A DNA stretch of 59,913 nt, counting the filler, from Dugesia japonica (taxonomy: Eukaryota): assembly GCA_001938525.1 (NCBI GenBank). It is 6 parts of 6 records of this genome, joined end to end, with 100 filler letters (N's around TTAATTAATTAA, not from the genome) between each part and the next. Parts side by side here need not be neighbours in the genome. Positions count along the whole stretch, not along the records: positions 42,078 to 51,215 come from MQRL01596736.1; positions 51,316 to 59,913 come from MQRL01648378.1; 4 more parts are not named here. One strand, 5' to 3'. The stretch's first letter is position 1, and every line of letters starts with the position of its first letter. The position numbers and the translations under genes were made by a program. The notes beneath the pieces are model-generated. The model was not told the origin of the DNA. It made no database searches and saw nothing but the letters and a program-made list of their open reading frames with translations. Shown here in pieces: positions 50,931 to 59,913 of the stretch.

Positions 50931-51318
50931 AATAATGATAATATATAATATTGTTGGGGTGAAACACTTGAGATTGAAAAATAAACCAGCAATTAGGTCC
51001 CACTGAAATTCGAAAGAATGTCATAAGAAAGAAAACGAAGAATACAAACCACAGAAGGAGTAAAATTAGTTACGGTAAGGAATAATTGAAGAAAAAGATC
51101 GTGATTACGGAACTAAAGAAGGAGAGATGACTCGTACAAATAGAAGGAAATGTTGAAAAAACACAAACGGACCGAAAGAACAAAAAAAGGACAATTGATA
51201 ACAAATAAAAGTAATNNNNNNNNNNNNNNNNNNNNNNNNNNNNNNNNNNNNNNNNNNNNTTAATTAATTAANNNNNNNNNNNNNNNNNNNNNNNNNNNNN
51301 NNNNNNNNNNNNNNNTCA

Positions 51319-51720
51319 ATGATGAGAAATAGTTTTTATACAGTTTTACCGAGTAATGATAGTTTTTTTGTTCATCAAAATAATACTGATAGTAGTTCCG
51401 TTGATGAGCTTCTAAATTCGATTTATTTGAAAGCCACATGGCGTATTTCACCTTTGTATATTCCTCCAGTCATTTGTATGGTAAAGCAAAGATTGAACAT
51501 GAAATATTTATACCAATTATAAAGGAAATGTATATTCTTAATAACAACAAAGATAAAGTATTGCTCGTAGAATAATATTCTACTGACAAAAATAAAGGTC
51601 GTACTGATGGAGCTATAATAATAAAGGATAATACGAAAACTTTTTATAATAATACTAATATTGGTTTAGAAAGCACTATAAAGTTTTATATTATTGAAAA
51701 TGCGGAACGATTTTAAATTG
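51319..51720 (+). pseudogene. Polinton minor capsid (penton) N-terminal relic
   Basis: SFYTVLPSNDSFFVHQNNTDSSSVDELLNSIYLKATW fits the recalled penton start FY.TLPSNSS...FP.NT.S.F...L...I.L.G.W. Confidence 0.7.
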
Positions 51721-53359
51721 ATAATCAGAAAATAAAAAAAAACTGATACTTATAACCGTTTGTTTGAGAAATCATTTTTATTCGCTTTCAATAATTTCAT
51801 GACTCAACGGAAAAAATAAAAACTACATTTTCATATTTCAATACAACTAAACATAAGTTTTTAATTTGAGGATGAATTGTAAATAAATGGAATATTAAAA
51901 TTCAAACGTTTCTCACGTTTTTTTTCATTAAGATTAAAAATTTCCAAAGGTTCATAAGTACAGGTTTAAGTGATAGATCTACAAACATTAATAATTAAAA
52001 NNNNNNNNNNNNNNNNNNNNNNNNNNNNNNNGCAATACGAAAATAGTCGAAGAACTAATATGTATTCATATTCACAAATGTGGCGCCTAATGTATTAAAT
52101 TAGAATGTTCAAATCATAGAAGTATTGTGTGTAGTTTGCAAAAAATATTAATTTATATAATTATAATATAAATAAACTCGTCTTTGACAACAAATAATTT
52201 TTTATTTCAAAAAATTATTTAACAAGCAAAGATTAAAACTGATGTTCTTTTATTTTCAATAATAAATAACAATAATACATAATTTTTTAAGTTTTAAAAC
52301 AATTAAAAAAATAGATCTATTATAATTATAATATAAATTAAATAAATGATAATTTTTATTCATGTTTTTCAATCAAGTTTTTTTTCGAAGTTATTCATTT
52401 CTCAATTGTTATTTTATCGATTATAGCCAAATAGAATAGAATAGTAAAACAACTATAGCAACTATTTTCATTAACTAATTTTCTTTATGAAATTGTTATT
52501 ACATTCTTTTGTTAATGATTTTTATGTGGATAAATATTTAATTGATTTTATTTTAGTCTCAAGTCCGAGGTTTACTTTGAATATTTGTAATCAAATTTTT
52601 AATTGACAACTTTAATTATATTTCTTCGTGTTTTAAAATTGTAACAAAAAAAACAAAAGAAAAAAAATAAATGTTTTAATTTGTATTGAAATTTGAAAAA
52701 TTTTGCAATTTGAAATAAAAAATAAAATAGTAAAATTGCATTCTGATGAAAGAGAAATTTTTAAAAATAATCACAAAAAAAAGAAAACTGAAAATACTCA
52801 AACATGTAATTTATTTGTCGAATTTTCATTTTTGGAGGAAAATATTTGTTTTATTAAATATTTACTGAAATGAAAAATTTTAACGTAAACAAATAAAATC
52901 CGATTTATGAATAGAAATAGAAATAATGTGTGTTTGTGTGTGCGTGTTTGAATAACTTTTTACATACATAAATCACAAAACGATTTCTAATTAATTATTG
53001 ATCAGATATTAATAACAGTTTTACATAAAAGAACGTTCTGTAAAAGTAGTAGAAATATGAAGGGAATGGAAATTGATTAATTGTTCGTCAACTATAGTTT
53101 TTATTTAATAATGTAAAAGCGCTTCTAAACTCGTAAATCTTTTAAAATGTAATTTTATAAACATGTATAAAAACGGTGCCCTTAATGTAATTAACAATTT
53201 TATCGATATAAGTTATATTTCAATTTAATGAAATTTTCTATTGAGGATCACAAAACATTTAGATAATTGCTATTCAATTCACTACACTTGAAAATGAAGA
53301 GGGAAATAAAATAGGATTTTTTAATCTTAAAAGGTAATAAGTATAATAATAATAATAAT

Positions 53360-53408
<49 letters not shown>

Positions 53409-53507
53409 NNNNNNNNNNNNNNNNNNNNNNNNNNNNNNNNNNNNNNNNNNNNNNNNNNNNNNNNNNNNNNNNNNNNNNNNNNNNNNNNNNNNNNNNNNNN
53501 NNNNTTT

Positions 53508-53752
53508 CGAGAATAATTGTTGAACGTAACCATTAATCGTTTTTTAAAATTCATTTAGAATAAAAGCTTCGATCAAAATTTTTTTATTGTTTTTTCGAGA
53601 TTGATTCGATATTTCGACTTTTCCATCGTCAGGAATTGACTTTTTAGTCAAAAAGTCAATTCCTGGTAAAGGTAAAGTCAAAATAACGAATCAATTTCCA
53701 AAAAACAATAAAAAAAATTTTTTTGATCGAAGCTTTTATTTTAAATGAATAA
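53508..53752. mobile_element. Palindromic MITE copy
   Basis: CAGGAATTGACTTTT...AAAAGTCAATTCCTG core with the shared outer arms. Confidence 0.8.
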
Positions 53753-53789
53753 TATTTTTATTATTATTATTAATTATTAATTATTAATA

Positions 53790-56585
53790 TTTAATTAATT
53801 TTTTTTGGATATATTCTATAAGGGTTTCTTAATTCTTCCTTTAATATATTTATGCAGATTACATTGTTTACATTTTGATAGTTGTTCTCTTATAATTTTG
53901 TCCATACAAGGCTAATAATACTCATTTTATATAACTCCTATTGTTTTCTCTACTCCTGAATACCCCAATAACTTATGATATTTCTAAATGACATCTTTTC
54001 TTTTATGTCTGGACACAATAAAAAGATATTTCTCATACTTTTCTAAATATAACATCTCACCTTGTATTCGTAGTTCTTTCTTTTTCTCCCAATACGATTT
54101 TATTTCCTTATTTATCTTTACGTCACGAAATTTTTTCTCGTTTCTTTCAAGAGCCTGTAGTATTATTCGTATATTTATATTTTTTCTTTGTTCCCATTCG
54201 TCTTCCTGTTATATTTTATTTATAACACTTTCTGATTGTATACTTTGTTCTTCATCTTTGTCTGTTGTTTTGTATATTTTAACATTTCTTTTTTTGGATC
54301 ATTGTGTTTTATTAAACACTGTTCGCAATCTAATAAACGTGAAAATGCATCAGCATTAATATGTTCATCACCTTTTCTTAATTATACGATCATATTAAAG
54401 ATTTTCAATTCAGCTTTTCCCATGCAGTATTGCGACGTGTTTGGGCGATTCTAATTTATTTTAATCCTTGGTGATCCTTTTGTAACACAGTTTGTGATCC
54501 CATTAAATAGTGCTTAAAACTTGAGGACAACCACATTTATGGCCAAAAGCTCTTTACTTGTAATACAGTACTGTCTCTGTTTTTGTTAATGTCTTCAGTG
54601 CATAGTATAATACTCGTTCCTCACCATTTTTTACTTTGAGAAAGTAGTGTTAATTGCATTATGAGAAGCATTTGTATCCAATATACATTTTCAATCTTTT
54701 GTTGACAAAGTTAATACTGGTGGTTTCTTCAGCGTTTTACGTAACTTGTAAAAATATTCTTTATTTTCATCTGTCCACTGAAATTTGTTTTCTTTCTTTA
54801 GCATTGAACTGAGAGGTTCTGATAAATTTGCATAATTTTTGATGAATTGCCTATACTATTTACAAAACCTTAAAAATGTTTGAAGTTCTTTTCGACATTG
54901 AGGAATCTCCCATTTTTGAATTGCCATTATTTTATCAGGATCTGTTGCGATTCCTTTTTTAGTTAATATATGTCCGAGATATTGTATTTTTTCCTTCAAG
55001 AATTTACATTTATTTGATAATAATTTAAGTCCAGCTTCTCTTATTCTTCTTAATATTTGATCCAGTCTTTTATTGTGCTCTTCTACAGTTTTACCAAATA
55101 TTAAAACATCTTCTAATTATATTACGCGCGTTTTTCAATTTTTATTTTGCAATACAATATTCATCAGCCGCTGCTGCTGAGCATAATCCAAACTGCATTC
55201 TGGTAAATTCATGTTGTTTAAACCTTGTGCTGAATTCTGTTTTACCCTGATCTTGTTTAGCTATTGGAACTTGGTGATATCCACTTGAAAGGTCTAGAGT
55301 TAAAAATAGTTAGCTCCAGTAATACTGTTCTTTGATGATGGTATTGGAAATATTGGTCGGTTTGTTTTAGCATTTAGTGCCCTGTAGCCAACACACATAC
55401 GGTTATCACCGTGTCATCAGAAATTTTCTAATCTGAGTGGTCTATTTTTCACCAGTTTCACTTACATCTATGTTTTCAGATACTGCAATTCTATAATATT
55501 GGTTATCATTAAAAGTTTAATGAGCCTCTGTTTTTCCAAATACCGTATTACAACTCTTTAACACGGTCGGTGTTAGTATTTTATTTAGTCAGGTAGAACT
55601 GTTGTTGAAATAAATGGAATCTTAACATTTTGTATTATTATTCCATCATTAGATGCATCCACCATGGTTTCGTATTTTTCATACTTCTTAATCTAATATA
55701 TATATATATATGTGGAAATATATTTGGCATAATACCAAATATGTGTGCGGTCATTACAAGTCCAATTGACATATTTAATTGTATCTTCCCCAAACATTCT
55801 TTTGTTGTACCATTTGCGCGTGTTACTTTTGTCATAGATTTAAAAGTTCTTATAGCAGGGTTTTTTTTACAGATACGCTCGGCTAATTTCTGGCTTATAA
55901 CATTGAAATCAGCGCCCGTGTCAAACATTGTTTTAACTGATATCCCTGCAACCTGACATTCAACAATTGCTTTATTTCTTGCTTTTTCTGGCTTTGATAC
56001 TGATATTAGTGTTAGTTTATATTTTTAAGTGTTTGTCTTGACCATTCTTTATTTCTTTCGATAAAGTTATCTTCGAGTGACGGTTTAAACGTTTTAATTA
56101 ATAATTAATAATCTTTTTCTTCTGGTTCCTCATTGATTATGGATTCTGTTTGCTCTTCTTCTTCTTAAGTATCTTAAATTCCTTGCTTTTTTGCAGTTTC
56201 TTTTAAGATGGTCACCCCCACACTTGAAACATTTTGTGATATTGCAGTCTCTAGCTATATGGCCTTTTTATCACATGTAAAGTATGTTCTTGTTTCTTGT
56301 CTACCCACGGTTATCCATTTTTGTGGTTTTTCCGAACTATGTGCATTATTATTCCTATTTTTATTAAACATATTTGGTGCACGAGATTTGTGATTGTGTC
56401 TTTTTAGTTCGGTAATTTCATTCTTTAGCTTTCCTATTTCAATTTTTAAATTCTTTATAGTTTCATTTTCCTGGCATATATTACATAATAAATTTTAATT
56501 TGTTTCGTAGTCATCTGTCATCTATTCATCTTTTATACTTTCTGCTGCCTCTTTCAATGAATTTGGTTCGAATATTCTTCTTTTG
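53790..56585 (-). mobile_element. Degenerate Ty3/Gypsy relic (gag-PR-RT-RH-partial IN), third family
   Basis: Knuckle TCDKKGHIARDC at about 56243-56278; protease MFDTGADFNVIS; LDLSSGYHQVP; YLGHIL; DTNASHNAI; YCITSKELLA. No LTRs found. Confidence 0.85.
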
Positions 56586-56609
56586 GAGATTAATGAAGGA
56601 CAAAGTTCA

Positions 56610-56762
56610 TAGTCGAAAACCAAGAAGTGTCGGTGATTTGGAAAATTAAATGAGATATGCTATTCTAGATATTAATACCCAAAGAAACATGTGCAAAGCT
56701 TTTTTGTCGAAACGTAACAGATAAACCTCAAAGCTGTATAAATTGTGATGGAAAACAGTTTA
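56610..56762 (+). mobile_element. Tc1/mariner transposase C-terminal fragment
   Basis: RKPRSVGDLE...MCKAFCRNVTDKPQSCINCDGKQF resembles the mariner-like C-terminus KPRT..EL....R...CI...G..FE. Confidence 0.5.
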
Positions 56763-57685
56763 ATAATTATTAATATGTTAGTAAATATAACTTCATGTAT
56801 ATGTAATCTCCAAATAGATACTATCATTCACTGTTCTCCTACTTTTGTACCATCCTATAAATATAAATATATATTTGTGTGTGTGTGTTGAATTATACGT
56901 ATTAGGTTTGTTTATATAAAATATTGATTTTAAGATCAGACGCTTATCAATATTGAATTAATAAAAGTTTCTTCGTCCAAAAAAATCGATTGCATTTTAT
57001 AAAAGAAATGTTATTATAAAATATTTTCTAATATGTAATTAAAAGAAATTTATTAATTATTAATAATTCTAACTCCTTTTTAAGCAAATTAATAAAAATC
57101 GTTTTTTTTAAATAAATTTCTTATTGATTTATTTCAACGAAAACTTTGTCAAATGGATTCATCGATTCAATTAATTTCAATTATATTAATTTGATATTTC
57201 AAACAAAATAAATAGTATTTCTTATTAATGGAGATTTCAATATCTTTACACTAATGATTTATTAATCAATATTCAGAAACAAACTGAAGTTGATGTGTCA
57301 CAAGAAATTTTAATAATTGAGACATTTCCAGAATAATTATTATCATTATCTTCTTAATCTCAGAAGACTGTAAACTAGAAATCATTATCGTTCATTTAAT
57401 GGATTGTTGTGAATTATTAATAATAAAAATTAATCAATAATTTATGCTTTGAATTTATCGATAATAAACAAATATAATATCATTATGTAGCTATTTAATT
57501 ATAAATGAAATGATAGTTTTGTATTAAAGTTAAACAATTAAATTTATCATTGTTTATTATTATTAAAAGCTTTTTGGATAATGGATTACTTTAAAACATT
57601 AGCTAAATTAATTTTATTTCAGTTGATTTTAATGAAGATTTTATTTTCTATGACAATCTTTATCAATAGTTAAACATTTATTAAA

Positions 57686-57758
57686 TAATGTTATCATATT
57701 ATTATAATGTTATCATATTATTATAATGTTATCATATTATTATAATGTTATCATATTA
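57686..57758. repeat. 19-bp tandem repeat, about 4 copies
   Basis: (TAATGTTATCATATTATTA)n. Confidence 0.9.
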
Positions 57759-58870
57759 AATAAATTAATATGGATTGAAGAGACTTTTAATGTTTGATAT
57801 AATTTAATAAAAAAATATAATTTAAATGTATTGTTTTTAATTATAACATGAATTTGAATTGTTATATCGTTCGACGGGTAAACTGTCATTATCAGACAAA
57901 AATTAAAAAAATGAGTTTATTCAGTCTTTATTATTTAAACAAAGATTAATGCGATTATACTGCATATAAGATTCATTTAAAATAAAAGCTTCAATGAAAA
58001 TTTTTGTTTTTTTTATTGATATTTGATAAAAATTCGATATTTCAACTAAGTCTTCTACAGAAAATGACTTTTTAATTTATTAAACAGAACAAGTAATTGA
58101 AAATATCTGTGTAAATAAAGAAAAGGCGAGAAAATTAACAAAAGAATGTTCAATCTCAAACATTTCCTTGTCAGCAAAGATCTGGTACTTCCATCGAAAT
58201 GGTGTTCTGCCTCCTGGTCAATAAAATGAAATTTAAATTGTAAAAAAAAGAATAATGTAAATAAATTATGTTAATATAATTAAAATGTTAACATAATGTA
58301 AGTAAAATACGTATTATATAATTAATTTGTAAAAATAATGTAAAGAATTTAAAATAACAGCAAAATCATGAAAAAAATTTTTAAAGTTTAAAAGGTAGAA
58401 TCTGACTTAGCAAAGCAATGGACAATATTCGAAACCAAAATTATTCCAAACAAAACAGTTTGATGATCAACTCAATCAAAGCCTCAAAGAAAAAATCGAT
58501 TTTATCATAAAAGACATTTGATGGCGAGTTCCACGCAGAACTTTTTCTTTGTTTTTGTAAAAAAATTGTTACATTTAATAAATAATTTATTTAATATTTA
58601 TTCTAATAAAAGTAATTTTCTTTGAATAAATTTATTTTTACTAAACTTTTATTAGTTAATTTTAATTTTAATTTAATTATTTAATTATTATAAATTACAT
58701 TTATTTTAGGATTGTTTTTTTTAATTAGTAATTCTTCATGTTATAATTCTTCATGAATATAAATTCTTAATTTTTTAATTTTAACAATTTTTCAACAAAT
58801 TATTTTTCTCTATAATAATATTTTATTAAAATTACTGTTTTACAACTATATAATTTTTTAATTTTATATT

Positions 58871-59063
58871 TGTTAGGTAAATCTTTAATTGGTAATTGGT
58901 TATTCAAATCAGAACTAATATTTTTAGACATTATTTATTTTTCTACTTCAACTCTAAATTTAATAAGAGAAATCAAAATTGAATAGTAGCTTAAAACTCT
59001 TTATCCAGAATTAACTCAATTTCTATTGGCTCCAAATTATTAAATAATAATTATTTCCTCATA
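58871..59063 (-). mobile_element. Solo LTR of the 20458-24955 Gypsy family
   Basis: Colinear with both LTRs (TGTTAGGTAAAT...AACTAATA...AGACATTAT...GAATTAACTCA.TTTCTATTGGCT...ATTATTTCCTCATA); 5-bp TSD ATATT on both sides. Confidence 0.85.
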
Positions 59064-59519
59064 ATATTATATAAATGTTTTTTCCTTTAAAATTTATTCA
59101 AAACCTATAAAATAAGTAAAATTGAAAATTATTTTAGAAACTACAATACAAAATCTATAAAAAATACATGAAAATATATTAAAATGTTTCAAAAATTGAA
59201 AAACTATTTATATCTAAAAAAGTTTAAAAATTTTAATCAATTTAGTTGAAAGAGCTGTCTGTACATTAATGCTTGGATTGTCAAATCTAATCATTAACGC
59301 TTCATACAACACTCTTTACCAGTAATTTTTAAATTGCTAAGACAACATTTTTAAATTTGAAATTTCAACATTCGCATTGCATTTATTTCTAATAAATAAA
59401 ATTTATTTCTCATAATAAAACTACTATTGAGTATATAAATAAGAATTCAAAACAGGATGTTAGTGATTTTAAAGTGTTGAAGGTTATATAAAGGGGTTAA
59501 TATTTGTAAATTTTACAGA

Positions 59520-59781
59520 GGTTTGGCGTTTTTAAATGATTTTGATTATTTGGCCAAGATGGGAGCAGTTTTAAATGGTCCACAGTTTTTAAAGATTGAC
59601 AAAATTTCGGAAAAATGAAAAATTACCACCAATGAAAGATAAGGAATATTTAAATACATTGAATTATAATCTAATCTCAAATGGACATATTTCTAAAGAA
59701 CTGGTTAAAAGTTTACATTCTAAAGGATCTCAACCAACAAAACTATATGGTTTACCTAAAGTTCATAAAAATGGAGTTTAG
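59520..59781 (+). mobile_element. Penelope-like RT N-terminal fragment
   Basis: LHSKGSQPTKLYGLPKVHKNGV motif. Confidence 0.8.
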
Positions 59782-59913
59782 TAAAAATTAATTAACTTTG
59801 AATATTAGCCCAGTACTTCAAATATGAAGTAGAAAGAGTCCACGACCTATCAACAATCCTTTAATGATATATATATATATATACGAATTCATATATTCCT
59901 TTGGAATTAGTCA

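Noticed and set aside
1916-59913. Functional link between the integrase-binding-domain gene and neighbouring integrases
   Set aside because: They lie on different contigs and TE density is high throughout, so proximity is uninformative.

Overview
Very AT-rich metazoan genomic DNA with short (about 42-70 nt) GT-AG introns; a planarian-like or other lophotrochozoan source is an inference only. The window is six contigs joined by artificial N-TTAATTAATTAA-N spacers, so adjacency across them cannot be trusted. Host genes: a 6-exon PWWP + integrase-binding-domain (LEDGF/HDGFRP2-like) gene, a TPD52-family gene, a partial C-type lectin gene and an uncharacterised ORF. Most of the rest is decayed mobile DNA. 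This includes Polinton/Maverick (adintovirus-like) relics that together give pPolB, integrase, major capsid and minor capsid, many AGTAG(A/G)TAG-ended non-autonomous derivatives (one nested with a 6-bp TSD), a full-length Ty3/Gypsy element with non-canonical TA...CA LTRs plus a solo LTR, two further Gypsy relics, Penelope RT relics, Tc1, hAT and a dispersed palindromic MITE family. Unexplained spliced coiled-coil ORFs lie at about 30-32 kb and 36-40 kb.
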